32,000 nt of DNA from Acutalibacteraceae bacterium (GCA_045631965.1 JAZQVR010000032.1:1-32000), one strand, 5' to 3'; positions 13,117 through 25,618 are shown, counted from the stretch's first letter. The notes: generated by a model not told the origin, from the letters alone. Program-made: numbers and translations.

Positions 13117-14310
13117 TTATTCGGTTGTATAATTGTCAAAATAACCCTGGATAAATACGATGGGTGTACCCTTGTCGCCTGAACCGGAAGTAAGGTCACA
13201 AAGTGAACCGATGAGGTCAGTAAGCTGACGGGGAGTAGTACCTTCAGATGCCATCATACCAACAAGGTTGTCGTCCTTCTCCTGGATTTTGCCTTTGATT
13301 GCTTCTTTGAGCTCGTCACCGGAAAGATCAGAGAAATCGTTGTCGGCAAGATACTTGAGCTTGAGCTCGTTAGGTGTGCCTTCGAGGCCTGAAGTATATG
13401 CGGGAGATACAACAGGGTCTGCGAGCTCCCAAATTTTGCCAACGGGATCCTTGAATGCACCGTCGCCGTAAACCATAACCTCGATAGTTTTGCCTGTTGC
13501 ATCATAGAGCTTTTTCTGAATAGCGTCAACTATCGGCTGGCATTCACGCGGGAAAAGCTTAACCTGGTCTTCAGTTGCCTTGTTTGAGCCGAGAAGACCA
13601 TAGCTCTCGTTATAGCCGCTTCCGTTCACAGGAGCATTGAGTATCTCATCAAGACCGAGCACAATTTCGCCGCCGTTTGCCTTGATAATTCTCTTGGTGC
13701 GTGCACGTGTGTGAATGTCGCAGCAGAGAACATTCTTGGTGTAGTTGAGAATAGCCTTGGGATTGTTTGCAAAAATGATTTCAACATCTGCACCGCAATC
13801 TTTAATAAGACCCTCATAGTATTCAACATAGTCAACACCTGTGAATCTGTGCTTTTCGTATCCGAAGAGCTCACGGTATTTTTCAAGTGAAAGAACATCT
13901 GTATAGGGGTCGATGCCTTTTTCGTCAAGAGCGTCAATGCTTACAAGATGATTACCGACCTCGTCAGAAGGGTAGGAGAGCATAAGAACAACTTTCTTAA
14001 CTCCCTTTGCAATACCGCGAAGGCAGATTGCGAAACGGTTACGGCTGAGTATCGGGAAAATAACGCCGACTGTATCACCGCCGAATTTTGCTTTAACATC
14101 AGCTGCGATGTCATCAACAGTTGCGTAGTTGCCCTGTGCACGTGCTACTACAGCCTCGGTCATTGCAACAATGTCGCGGTCATTAAATTTAAATCCTGCG
14201 TCTGCTGAAGCCTCAAGAACAGAATCTGTAACGATTTGTACGATGTCATCACCCTGTCTGATAATAGGTGCACGGACACCGCGGGATACTGTACCGATCA
14301 TACGGCTCAT
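13117..14310 (-). CDS. CofE-like (F420-0:gamma-glutamyl ligase family) protein, 397 aa
   Basis: MSRMIGTVSRGVRAPIIRQGDDI...AMTEAVVARAQGNY...VIFPILSRNRF resembles the CofE/FbiB N-terminal fold family. ATG 14310 follows an AAGGAG SD. The track start at 14361 was rejected. Confidence 0.6.
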   Translation of the reverse strand: MSRMIGTVSRGVRAPIIRQGDDIVQIVTDSVLEASADAGFKFNDRDIVAMTEAVVARAQGNYATVDDIAADVKAKFGGDTVGVIFPILSRNRFAICLRGIAKGVKKVVLMLSYPSDEVGNHLVSIDALDEKGIDPYTDVLSLEKYRELFGYEKHRFTGVDYVEYYEGLIKDCGADVEIIFANNPKAILNYTKNVLCCDIHTRARTKRIIKANGGEIVLGLDEILNAPVNGSGYNESYGLLGSNKATEDQVKLFPRECQPIVDAIQKKLYDATGKTIEVMVYGDGAFKDPVGKIWELADPVVSPAYTSGLEGTPNELKLKYLADNDFSDLSGDELKEAIKGKIQEKDDNLVGMMASEGTTPRQLTDLIGSLCDLTSGSGDKGTPIVFIQGYFDNYTTE

Positions 14311-14605
14311 AATTGACACTCCTTGGTAATAGAAAATTGACATATTTGATGTTTGCATCATCTGTCATCTTAACAACTGAATTATTATATCACTAAACTT
14401 ATAATATTTCAATACATTTTTATATTCTTTTGCTTTAAAATATAATTTTAATACCGACATTTTAAAATGATTTGTAAACAATCTTGGCATAATTAACAAA
14501 AAACGAGTTTTATACTATACAAAGAAATTCTTTTGGTATATAATACATACACTGATTTTAAATATTATATTATTCTTTTATACTATATACGAAAGGAAAA
14601 GTACT

Positions 14606-15967
14606 ATGAGAATCATAGTTGCGGGTGACGGTAAGGTTGGTCTTGCGATAACCCGTCTGCTTTCACAGGAAGGTCACGATATAGTTGCAATTGACACCAA
14701 AGCCAATGTTTTGCAGGATAATCTTCAGAATTACGATGTAATGACAGTTGTAGGCAACTGCGCAACAATGGATACTCTCTACGAAGCCGGTGTCGAGCAA
14801 GCAAATGTGCTTATTGCTGCCACAAGTGCTGATGAGACCAATCTGCTTTGCTGCCTTACTGCACGCAAACTTAATCCTAAGCTCCATACAATCGCCCGAG
14901 TACGTAACCCTGAATATACCGAACAGCTTTACAGAATGCGTGAAGATTTCGGTCTTTCTCTGATTATCAATCCCGAAAAAGATGCTGCTAAGGAAATTTT
15001 CCGTTTGCTTCAGCTTCCCGGTTTCCTTAAACGTGAAACTTTTGCTAAAGGAAGAGTCGAGATTGTTGAACTGCGTGTTGAAGAGGAAGGTATTCTTGAC
15101 GGTGTACAGCTTACCCGTTTGCATTATGCACTTGGCGGTAAAAAAGTTCTTGTATGTGCTGTTATACGTGACGGAGAGGCTTTCATTCCTACAAGTGATA
15201 CTGTTTTTAAAGCAGGAGATCGTATTTACGTTACCGCACCTGTCTATATTCTTTCCCATATTTTAAAGAAATTAGGCGTAACACAAAAAAGAATAAAACA
15301 TGCTATACTGATTGGTGGCGGCAGGGTATGCTATTATCTTGCAAAACACCTGATAGAATCCGGAGTTCACGTCAAAATTATCGAAAATAATCCTGAAAGA
15401 TGTGAACATCTTGCTGAAATATTACCGTCGGCATCTATTGTATTTGCCGATGGTTCATCTCAGGATGTTCTTGAAAGCGAAGGGTTATCCGAGATAGATG
15501 CGCTTGTAACCCTTACCGGTCTTGATGAGCAGAATGTAATTTCATCAATGTACGGTAAAGTCAAAGGTGTTCCTCACGTTGTTACAAAAGTTAACCGTAT
15601 GGATATTGACGGTATGCTTGCAGACCTTTCAGTCGGCGGTATTGTCAGCCCTAAAGAACTTACAAGTGCCAACGTAGTTCAGTATATAAGAGCTATGGAT
15701 AATCAGGCCGGTGCGGCAATAACTCTTCATAAAATTGCCAACAGCCAGATTGAAGCACTTGAATTTGTTATCAATGAACGTTCACGCAATATAGGTGTAC
15801 AACTGAAAAAAATCCAACTCAAGAGTAAAATTCTTATTGCTTGTATAACTCATAATGGTGTAAACATTATACCTGACGGTAATTCTTCTTTTGATATAGG
15901 CGATACTGTTATTATTATAACAAACCGTGAAACACCGATTTTACAGTTTAACGATATTTTTGCCTGA
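14606..15967 (+). CDS. trkA: Trk potassium uptake system NAD-binding subunit TrkA
   Basis: Two Rossmann/RCK repeats (IIVAGDGKVG and ILIGGGRVC), each followed by an RCK_C-like segment. Adjacent to trkH. Confidence 0.9.
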   Translation: MRIIVAGDGKVGLAITRLLSQEGHDIVAIDTKANVLQDNLQNYDVMTVVGNCATMDTLYEAGVEQANVLIAATSADETNLLCCLTARKLNPKLHTIARVRNPEYTEQLYRMREDFGLSLIINPEKDAAKEIFRLLQLPGFLKRETFAKGRVEIVELRVEEEGILDGVQLTRLHYALGGKKVLVCAVIRDGEAFIPTSDTVFKAGDRIYVTAPVYILSHILKKLGVTQKRIKHAILIGGGRVCYYLAKHLIESGVHVKIIENNPERCEHLAEILPSASIVFADGSSQDVLESEGLSEIDALVTLTGLDEQNVISSMYGKVKGVPHVVTKVNRMDIDGMLADLSVGGIVSPKELTSANVVQYIRAMDNQAGAAITLHKIANSQIEALEFVINERSRNIGVQLKKIQLKSKILIACITHNGVNIIPDGNSSFDIGDTVIIITNRETPILQFNDIFA

Positions 15968-15984
15968 GGACGGTCTTAATTAAA

Positions 15985-17442
15985 ATGAATGTAAAATTTG
16001 TTTTCAGAATAGTTGCGTTAGCAGTATTGATAACATCTGCTTTTATGTTGCCGTCAGCAGGTATTGCTTTGTATGATGGTCAACCTCGCAATGCGGCTGC
16101 TTATCTTATCTCGGCTGCTCTGATGGCTTTTATAAGCCTTATCGTTATCTTTGTTACACGTAAAAACAAGCAGACTGTATACGCTCAGGAGGGTATTGCC
16201 GCTACTGCAATATCGTGGCTTGCAATATCGCTTTTTGGTGCATTGCCATTTTTCTGGAGCGGTGAAATACCCAACTATATTGATGCACTGTTTGAAATTA
16301 CATCAGGTTTCACAACTACGGGTTCTTCAATATTAAGTGATGTTGAATCTCTTTCAAGGTGCAATCTTTATTGGAGATCCTTCAGCAATTGGCTCGGCGG
16401 TATGGGTATGCTGGTTTTTATAATAGCTGTTATACCGCAAACGAAAAAAGGATCAGGTTCGGGTATTCATCTTATGCGAGCTGAAAGCCCCGGACCCAGT
16501 GTAGGTAAATTTACCCCTCATTTAAGAGAAACTGCTCTTATTCTGTATGGAATATATATATTGCTTACGGTAGCTTGTTTTGTTTTTCTTATTATTGGTG
16601 ATATGCCTCTGTTTGACAGTGTTTGTACTGCGTTAAGTACAGCAGGTACCGGCGGATTTTCCATTAAAAATACGAGTATGGGATATTATTCGCCGTATTT
16701 ACAATATGTTGTTGCTGTTTTTATGTTCCTTTTCGGTATTAACTTTAATATCTATTTTCTGATTATTCTCAAACAGTTAAAAACAGTTTTCAGAAACGAA
16801 GAGCTTCGTGCGTATATCGTTATTGCTGTTGGTTCAGTTTTGATGATAACGTTAAATATAGCACAAATGTATTCGGGAATTAAAGATGCTTTTCGTGATG
16901 CTGCTTTTCAGGTCAGCAGTATTATTACATCGACCGGATTTTCAAACGTTGATTTTGAGAAATGGCCTGCTTTTTCTAAAGCAATATTGTTTCTTCTTAT
17001 GTTTGTCGGTGCTTGTGCAGGTAGTACGGGCGGTGGCTTTAAAGTCTCGCGTGTATTGCTTCTTGCCAAAAATATCCGTCGTACAATCGGCAAAACTCTC
17101 CATCCCAGGAAGGTTTATCTTGTAACAATGGATGGTAAAAACGTTGATGAATCTATTTGTAACGGTGTAGATGCTTATCTTGCTGTCTATTGCGCGATAC
17201 TTTTATTGAGTTTTGCAGTTATTTCTTTTGACGGCTTTTCGATTGGTACGAATTTTTCTGCGGTAACTGCATGCTTCAATAATATGGGTCCGGGTTTTGA
17301 GCTTGTTGGAGCAACAGGCAATTACGGACATTTCGGCTATCTTTCTAAAATTATTTTAAGTCTTGATATGCTGCTGGGACGTTTGGAAATATTCCCGCTT
17401 CTTGCTTTGGCAAGTCCGGGACTCTGGAGCAGAAAGAGATAA
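15985..17442 (+). CDS. trkH: Trk-type potassium transporter membrane subunit TrkH
   Basis: Polytopic membrane protein with TrkH selectivity-filter-like repeats (TSGFTTTGSS, TAGTGGFS, TSTGFS, GSTGGG). Confidence 0.9.
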   Translation: MNVKFVFRIVALAVLITSAFMLPSAGIALYDGQPRNAAAYLISAALMAFISLIVIFVTRKNKQTVYAQEGIAATAISWLAISLFGALPFFWSGEIPNYIDALFEITSGFTTTGSSILSDVESLSRCNLYWRSFSNWLGGMGMLVFIIAVIPQTKKGSGSGIHLMRAESPGPSVGKFTPHLRETALILYGIYILLTVACFVFLIIGDMPLFDSVCTALSTAGTGGFSIKNTSMGYYSPYLQYVVAVFMFLFGINFNIYFLIILKQLKTVFRNEELRAYIVIAVGSVLMITLNIAQMYSGIKDAFRDAAFQVSSIITSTGFSNVDFEKWPAFSKAILFLLMFVGACAGSTGGGFKVSRVLLLAKNIRRTIGKTLHPRKVYLVTMDGKNVDESICNGVDAYLAVYCAILLLSFAVISFDGFSIGTNFSAVTACFNNMGPGFELVGATGNYGHFGYLSKIILSLDMLLGRLEIFPLLALASPGLWSRKR

Positions 17443-17449
17443 TAGAGAA

Positions 17450-17498
17450 AACCTCTTGTATTACCTTTAGGTATTGATACAAGAGGTTTTTTATTTTT
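17450..17498. terminator. Bidirectional intrinsic terminator between trkH and the convergent TIM-barrel gene
   Basis: aacctcttgta (17450-17460) pairs with tacaagaggtt (17478-17488). Followed by ttttttattttt. Confidence 0.8.
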
Positions 17499-18285
17499 AA
17501 AGTGTTCTGAGAAAACTTACAGAGTTTTTGACTTCTTCGGCAAAGTTGTCATATCTGCCTTCAAGTGAAATCCGCATTGTATTGTAGTTTGCGTTTCTTA
17601 CAATATCAAAAAATTCTTTGTAGTTTACATTGTCGATAGCTGTAGGGTAGTAACGGTTGTTTTTTGCACTTGCGATATGCATATGTTGAAGGTATCCTTT
17701 GTAATTGAGTATACTGCTTCTCTCTTCGTTTTCCATATCGAAATGAAAAAGATCTACAAGAAGCTTAACTTCAGGAACGTTTGCCAATCTACAGATTTCG
17801 TAACCTCGCGCAGCTGTTGTGATTACATTGCATTCACCACTGCGAAGCGGCTCAATAGCACAAGTAAGGGCGTATTTTTTCATATACGGAGCAATATGTT
17901 CACGGCAAAGCTCAGCGAGCTGTTCGGTTGCTGCATCATAGCTCCAATCATCAGGACAACGTCTTGCACCGCCTGAGCCGAAAACTACAGTATCTCCGCC
18001 GATTGTAGCGAGCTTCTCGCTTGCTCTGTCAAGATGTTCGTCAATCTGAATATAATCAACATCAGGGCCGACCAATTTCATTTCACCGGGGAACATACCG
18101 TTTGCAGCGTAGCAGGGGATTTGTATTTCCTTTAAAAAATCTTTAAGCTCTGCAATTTGTGAATTCTCTGCGTTCGAAATAGCGTTGAAATTGAATTCGA
18201 AATAATCAATTCCTGCATCTTTTGCCTGCTGCAATTTTTCGCGGTCATTATATCCTAAACATACACCAAATTTAAAATCAGACAT
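17497..18285 (-). CDS. Sugar phosphate isomerase/epimerase (xylose-isomerase-like TIM barrel)
   Basis: Length and pattern (FEFNF..., IEPL..., DLFH..., HMHIA...) are typical of the AP_endonuc_2 / xylose isomerase-like TIM barrel family. Confidence 0.7.
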   Translation of the reverse strand: MSDFKFGVCLGYNDREKLQQAKDAGIDYFEFNFNAISNAENSQIAELKDFLKEIQIPCYAANGMFPGEMKLVGPDVDYIQIDEHLDRASEKLATIGGDTVVFGSGGARRCPDDWSYDAATEQLAELCREHIAPYMKKYALTCAIEPLRSGECNVITTAARGYEICRLANVPEVKLLVDLFHFDMENEERSSILNYKGYLQHMHIASAKNNRYYPTAIDNVNYKEFFDIVRNANYNTMRISLEGRYDNFAEEVKNSVSFLRTL

Positions 18286-18426
18286 TTTAACTACCTCCGA
18301 ATGATTTGGTTCTTTTTCTTTATAATATATTATGTATTCAAAACTTTCAACCTGTTTTTATAAATTATCACCATAAGTTTTTATAATCATAAAATGTAGT
18401 ATTATAAAACATTAGGAGTTGATTTA

Positions 18427-19494
18427 GTGAGTGCATCATTTTTTATGGCGGCAAATTCAAGCCAAGGTTTTTTCTCTCTTTTTGATGAAATCTATTTTCC
18501 GCATGAAGGCTGGAAGCTTTATATTATTAAAGGTGGGCCCGGAACAGGTAAATCTTCTTTAATGAAAAAGATAGCTGATAAAGCTGTGGAAAAAGGATAT
18601 TACTGCGAAAGGGTATATTGTTCAAGTGATCCGAATTCGTTAGACGGCGTTATGATTCATGACCTTAAAATCAGTGTTGCTGACGGTACGTCACCACATG
18701 TAATAGAACCGAGATATCCGGGTGTGTCCGAAAAAATAATTAACCTTGGTGAATGTTGGGATGAAAACAAGTTAAAGAAAAATGCCGAACATATCATCAC
18801 GCTGTCAGATTGTAATAAAGCGCTTCACAAACGAAGCTCACGCTATTTATCGGCAGCTGCAGCATCGCTTAAAGATAACGCGAGAATTCTTTCAACGGTT
18901 CTGTTAGATGAAAAAGCAGAAAATTTTGCCATACGGTATGTCAACAGGTATGTTAACTGCAGAAATGCACTCGGCAGAGAAGAAAAACGATTTATCGATG
19001 CTGTTACTCCTGAAGGAAAAATTACACTGTACGAAACAGCTTTGTCGCTTTGTGATACATTGTTTTCGATAAGCGATGATTTTGCGTTTGCATCACAAAA
19101 TGTTGTTGATAAAATCAGAAAATATGCACTTGCTAACGGTGCGGATGTTATTACCTGCCTTGATCAGATTGACCCTATCGGTAATCCGCGACACGTGATA
19201 CTGAAAAATGAACGGATAGGATTTTTCAGTTCAGATTCAAATAATAGTTTTAAAGGCTATGCAACACGCAATATAAATGCCGGAAGATTTGTCAACGATT
19301 TGATGTTTGATGCTCATAAAAACAGAATTATATTCAACAAAAAGATAGCGGAAAGTCTGTTGGAGGAATCTGTTAAAATTCTCTCAAAAGCAAAATCTGT
19401 TCACGATGAACTTGAAAAATACTATATTTCAGCTATGAATTTTGAAAAAATTAATGATTTATCCAATAATGTAATTGAAGAAATATTCGGTTGA
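18427..19494 (+). CDS. P-loop NTPase of unknown function (PRK06851-like)
   Basis: Walker A GGPGTGKSSLM. GTG start after an AGGAG SD. Confidence 0.6.
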   Translation: MSASFFMAANSSQGFFSLFDEIYFPHEGWKLYIIKGGPGTGKSSLMKKIADKAVEKGYYCERVYCSSDPNSLDGVMIHDLKISVADGTSPHVIEPRYPGVSEKIINLGECWDENKLKKNAEHIITLSDCNKALHKRSSRYLSAAAASLKDNARILSTVLLDEKAENFAIRYVNRYVNCRNALGREEKRFIDAVTPEGKITLYETALSLCDTLFSISDDFAFASQNVVDKIRKYALANGADVITCLDQIDPIGNPRHVILKNERIGFFSSDSNNSFKGYATRNINAGRFVNDLMFDAHKNRIIFNKKIAESLLEESVKILSKAKSVHDELEKYYISAMNFEKINDLSNNVIEEIFG

Positions 19495-19502
19495 TTCCGT
19501 AA

Positions 19503-19542
19503 AAATAAATGCTTACACATTTATGTGCAAGCATTTATTTTT
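19503..19542. terminator. Bidirectional terminator between the ATPase gene and dapB
   Basis: aaataaatgcttaca (19503-19517) pairs with tgcaagcatttattt (19526-19540) with one mismatch. T-rich on both sides. Confidence 0.65.
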
Positions 19543-19569
19543 GTTATATGAAAATCGGATTATATATTT

Positions 19570-20328
19570 TCAGCTTTCAGCTACAAGCTCTTTCATTGAA
19601 TACATACCGGGCTCTTTTTTCGCAAGGAAGATAGCGGCATTGATTGAACCTGTAGCAAATACAGATTTTGAGCGAGCGCTGTGCGAAACTGTAATTATTT
19701 CGTCATTTCCAGCAAAAATAACTTCGTGTTCACCGACAATTGTACCGCCGCGTACTGCGTGAATTCCTATTTCGTTTTTAGTTCTTTTCTCACGCTTTGC
19801 GTGTCTGTTATATTCATAAACAGGCTGATATTCAAGGCCTTTGCTTACACTGTCCGCAAGCATAAGTGCAGTGCCGCTGGGTGCGTCGATTTTTTTGTTG
19901 TGGTGAGCTTCGATGATTTCTATATCGAAGTTGTTACCAAGTACGCTTGCAGCTTTTTTTACAAGCTCACTTACAAGTGAAACACCGAGTGACATATTTG
20001 CACTGAAGAAAATCGGAATCTGAGAAGAAGCAAGGTGAAGTGAATTTATCTGCTCTTCGCTCAAGCCTGTTGTTGAGATAACGGCAGGTGTTTTTGTTGA
20101 AAGAGCGTATTTAAGTACTCCTGCGAGTGCGGAAGGGTGCGAAAAGTCGATAATGACATCGGCATCCAAATTTATATCATCGGGAGAACCGAAAATCGGA
20201 TATTTGCCGTTTTCTGTGGTGTTTACATCAAGACCTGCAACTATACAACAATCATCGCGTTCGGCAACACAGTTGGTAATTACTTTGCCCATGGCGCCGT
20301 TACAGCCGCTGAGAAGAATTTTGAGCAT
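19570..20328 (-). CDS. dapB: 4-hydroxy-tetrahydrodipicolinate reductase
   Basis: N-terminal GCNGAMGK Rossmann motif and the EAHHNKKIDAPSGTAL signature. Confidence 0.95.
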   Translation of the reverse strand: MLKILLSGCNGAMGKVITNCVAERDDCCIVAGLDVNTTENGKYPIFGSPDDINLDADVIIDFSHPSALAGVLKYALSTKTPAVISTTGLSEEQINSLHLASSQIPIFFSANMSLGVSLVSELVKKAASVLGNNFDIEIIEAHHNKKIDAPSGTALMLADSVSKGLEYQPVYEYNRHAKREKRTKNEIGIHAVRGGTIVGEHEVIFAGNDEIITVSHSARSKSVFATGSINAAIFLAKKEPGMYSMKELVAES

Positions 20329-20393
20329 TATTTTTCTTCCTTTCTAAATATAAAGCCGGCTCATTTATTATGAACCGGCTGAATTAAACACTT

Positions 20394-21284
20394 TTATTTA
20401 ATGAGACCGTGTCTTTCAAGAGTAGCACGGAGCTTTGCACGAGCAGCTTCGTTCATAGGAGCAAGAGGCATACGTACTTCGCCGACATTCCAGCCAATCA
20501 TATTCATTGCTTCCTTAACGGGAATAGGATTGACATCGACAAAAAGGTCGTTACAAAGGTCAAGCCATTCAAGCTGAAGCTTTCTGCTGCCTTCGTAATC
20601 ACCGTTAAGGTAGAGAGTGGGAATATCGTGAGCAACCTTAGGTGCTACGTTTGAAAGTACAGAGATAACACCTTTACCGCCAAGTGACATAATAGCTGTA
20701 ACCTGGTCATCATTACCTGAGTAGATATCAAGATTGTCGCCGCAAAGTGCTGTAATCTGTGCTACTGCAGAAATATCGCCGCTGGCTTCTTTCGTTGCAA
20801 CAACATTCTTGAATTTTGAGAGCTCAAGATAAGTTTCAGGCTTGATTGTCATACCTGTTCTTGAAGGTACATTGTAAAGAATGATAGGTGTGCTGACTCT
20901 GTCATTGATATACTCGTACTGTTTGATAAGACCTGCCTGTGAGGTCTTATTGTAGTAAGGTGTAACCATAAGAAGACCGTCAACGCCGCTCTTTTCAGCT
21001 TCGTTTGAAAGTCTTACGGCATAGTCGGTATCGTTACTGCCGGTACCTGCAATAACGGGTATACGCTTTGCTGTGTGTTTTACGGCAAAATCAATAGCAG
21101 CTGCATGTTCCTCGTGTGTGAGTGTAGAGCCTTCGCCGGTTGTACCGCATATGATAATAGCATCAGTGCAGTTTTCAATCTGGTGATCAATAATTCTGCC
21201 AAGTTCGTCAAAGTTGATTTTGTTATCTTCGGTAAAAGGTGTTATAATCGCAACACCGGCACCTGTAAAAATTGTGTTCTTCAT
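20394..21284 (-). CDS. dapA: 4-hydroxy-tetrahydrodipicolinate synthase
   Basis: GTTGEGSTLTHEEH, VIAGTGSNDT and the KEASGD Schiff-base lysine region. Confidence 0.95.
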   Translation of the reverse strand: MKNTIFTGAGVAIITPFTEDNKINFDELGRIIDHQIENCTDAIIICGTTGEGSTLTHEEHAAAIDFAVKHTAKRIPVIAGTGSNDTDYAVRLSNEAEKSGVDGLLMVTPYYNKTSQAGLIKQYEYINDRVSTPIILYNVPSRTGMTIKPETYLELSKFKNVVATKEASGDISAVAQITALCGDNLDIYSGNDDQVTAIMSLGGKGVISVLSNVAPKVAHDIPTLYLNGDYEGSRKLQLEWLDLCNDLFVDVNPIPVKEAMNMIGWNVGEVRMPLAPMNEAARAKLRATLERHGLIK

Positions 21285-21307
21285 AATATCGGATTCCTCC
21301 TAAAGAA

Positions 21308-22387
21308 TCAGTCCATATAACCCTGTGCGCAAAGAAGCTCTGCAAGAAGAACAGCGCCGCCTGCAGCACCTCTGAGAGTGTTGTGAGAAAGGCAGACAAA
21401 CTTGTAGTCATACTGAGTGTCCTCACGGAGTCTGCCGATTGATACTGCCATACCACCTTCAAGCTCACGCTGAAGCTTTGTCTGGGGCATATTGTCTTCT
21501 ACAAAATAGTTGAGGAACTTCTTGGGTGCGCTGGGGAGGTTGAGCTCCTGAGGAACGCCCTTGAAGTTATCCCAGATTTCGATGATTTCTTCTTTGCTGG
21601 GTTTATTCTCAAATCTTACAAATACAGCGCCCATATGACCGTTTGTTACGGGAACACGGATACACTGTGCTGTGAAAGCAGGGCTTGTTGCGGGAACGAT
21701 TTCGTCACCCTCAACCTTACCGTAAATCTTGAGAGGTTCGATTTCGGATTTCTCTTCTTCGCCGCCGATGAAGGGAATTACATTATCAACCATCTCGGGC
21801 CATGTTTCAAAGTTCTTACCTGCACCGGAGATAGCCTGATATGTGCAGACGAGTACATCCTTAACACCGAACTTGTTAAGCGGGAATATAGCGGGTACAT
21901 AGCTCTGAAGTGAACAGTTGGACTTAACAGCTACGAAGCCGCGCTTTGTGCCCAGACGCTTGCGCTGTGACTCGATAACTGCTGTATGCTCGGGATTGAG
22001 CTCCGGGATTACCATAGGAACATCAGGTGTGTGTCTGTGTGCGGAGTTGTTTGAAACAACGGGGCACTCATGCTTTGCGTATTCTTCTTCAAGAGCTTTG
22101 ATCTCGTCTTTCTTCATATCAACAGCACAGAAGACAAAATCTACCATAGAAGCGATTTTTGCAATATCAGCTGTTGCATCCATAACGACCATCTCGCCGA
22201 CTTTTTCTGAATAGGGGACATCCATCATCCAGCGCTTTTCAGCTACTTCTTTGTACTGCTTACCGGCTGAACGTGAGCTTGCAGCGAGAACGGTAATATC
22301 GAACCAGGGGTGGTTATCAAGAAGCGTAATGAAACGCTGACCAACCATACCTGTTGCGCCTACAATACCAACCTTATACTTTTTCAT
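21308..22387 (-). CDS. asd: Aspartate-semialdehyde dehydrogenase
   Basis: VGIVGATGMVGQRF, the active-site SNCS motif and a C-terminal HNTLRGAAG. Confidence 0.95.
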   Translation of the reverse strand: MKKYKVGIVGATGMVGQRFITLLDNHPWFDITVLAASSRSAGKQYKEVAEKRWMMDVPYSEKVGEMVVMDATADIAKIASMVDFVFCAVDMKKDEIKALEEEYAKHECPVVSNNSAHRHTPDVPMVIPELNPEHTAVIESQRKRLGTKRGFVAVKSNCSLQSYVPAIFPLNKFGVKDVLVCTYQAISGAGKNFETWPEMVDNVIPFIGGEEEKSEIEPLKIYGKVEGDEIVPATSPAFTAQCIRVPVTNGHMGAVFVRFENKPSKEEIIEIWDNFKGVPQELNLPSAPKKFLNYFVEDNMPQTKLQRELEGGMAVSIGRLREDTQYDYKFVCLSHNTLRGAAGGAVLLAELLCAQGYMD

Positions 22388-22421
22388 TTGTGTTTACCTC
22401 CGAAAAAAATCTGCAAATAGC

Positions 22422-22450
22422 TTGCATAAAGCCGCACTTTGCAATATAAT
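22422..22450 (+). promoter_or_regulatory. Putative queA-tgt-yajC promoter
   Basis: TTGCAT (22422-22427), 17 nt, TATAAT (22445-22450). Confidence 0.45.
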
Positions 22451-22485
22451 ACAAGTAATAATAACATATACTTTGAGGAAATGCA

Positions 22486-24665
<2,180 letters not shown>

Positions 24666-24709
24666 ATCAACTATAATTGTAACAATTGACTAATCGGAGG
24701 TAAATTTTA

Positions 24710-25150
24710 ATGAATCCTATGTTTTTGATGGCAACTTCAGCTGCAGGTGGTAGCAGTTCAGGCAGCCCTGTTACAATGATTGTTATGATGGCAGCTCTCT
24801 TTGGTGCTATGTATTTCTTCACAATCCGTCCCCAGAAGAAAAAGCAGAAGGAAGAGCAGCAGATGCGTGATTCTCTTCAGATTGGTGATGAGATCACAAC
24901 AATCGGCGGTATTGTCGGCCGTGTTGTTACAATCAAGGATGATTCGATCGTAATTGAAACAGGTGCAGACCGTAACAAGATGAAGATTATGCGTTGGGCT
25001 ATTCAGACTAACAATACAGCTGCTGAAAAAGCACAGGCTGAGCGTGAAGCTGCAAAGGCTGCTCAGGAAGCTGAAAGAAACGCAAAGATTGAAGAAGAAG
25101 GCAAAAAGCACGCTAAGAAAAAGAAAAAGTCCGGCAACGACGAGCAATAA
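24710..25150 (+). CDS. yajC: Preprotein translocase subunit YajC with an A/E/K-rich C-terminal extension
   Basis: FFTIRPQKKKQKEEQQMRDSLQIGDEITTIGGIVGRVV is the YajC core. Located downstream of tgt, as in many Firmicutes. Confidence 0.85.
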   Translation: MNPMFLMATSAAGGSSSGSPVTMIVMMAALFGAMYFFTIRPQKKKQKEEQQMRDSLQIGDEITTIGGIVGRVVTIKDDSIVIETGADRNKMKIMRWAIQTNNTAAEKAQAEREAAKAAQEAERNAKIEEEGKKHAKKKKKSGNDEQ

Positions 25151-25216
25151 TTGTATTCAGGTATAAACTTGAAACAACCCTCATATCTTCTACTAAGGAG
25201 ATATGGGGGTTTTTCT

Positions 25217-25606
25217 ATGCAGCAAAAAGATAATTTAAAGAATATTCAGATAATTAAAGGTTCAATTTTCGGTGTGATAAGTTTGTTTGTAATCATTTTG
25301 ATGTTTTCATTTTTTATTTATAAGAGGAATTTAACGGATAAATTTTATGTGCCGTTGTTATTTTTGTCTTCGCTGTTAAGCGGCTTGATATCCGGTTTTT
25401 CAGGTACAAGAAAATTGCGTAAAAACGGCTTGGTAAACGGAGCAGTGTCTGCTATGATACCTGCTATCATTCTTTTGATTGCTATGATGGTTGCTAACGG
25501 TAAATTCGGAATATTTATGTTTCTACCGATAGCTGTTATAGCGGTTTCAGGTGCAATAGGCGGTATTTTAGCCGTAAATATTAAAAGAAAAAACAAGAAA
25601 AAATAA
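25217..25606 (+). CDS. Small polytopic membrane protein (YrzE/TIGR04086-like)
   Basis: Four hydrophobic segments and a position after yajC. The start at ATG 25217 is preferred over the TTG at 25151. Confidence 0.5.
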   Translation: MQQKDNLKNIQIIKGSIFGVISLFVIILMFSFFIYKRNLTDKFYVPLLFLSSLLSGLISGFSGTRKLRKNGLVNGAVSAMIPAIILLIAMMVANGKFGIFMFLPIAVIAVSGAIGGILAVNIKRKNKKK

Positions 25607-25618
25607 GGGGAAATAACA

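Noticed and set aside
14311-14605. Possible c-di-AMP (ydaO/kimA-type) riboswitch upstream of trkA.
   Set aside because: The region is extremely AT-rich and lacks the GC-rich conserved helices and ACGGGG/CCGA-type motifs of that class. It looks like a plain divergent promoter region.
20329-20393. Hairpin agccgg...ccggct between dapA and dapB, considered as an internal attenuator.
   Set aside because: The stem is short with no clear U tract on the minus strand. It is most simply an mRNA-stabilising or incidental structure inside the operon.
22388-22485. Lysine (L-box) riboswitch upstream of asd-dapA-dapB, or a preQ1 riboswitch upstream of queA.
   Set aside because: Only 98 nt separate the divergent starts, which is too short for an L-box. 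No preQ1 aptamer consensus is visible.
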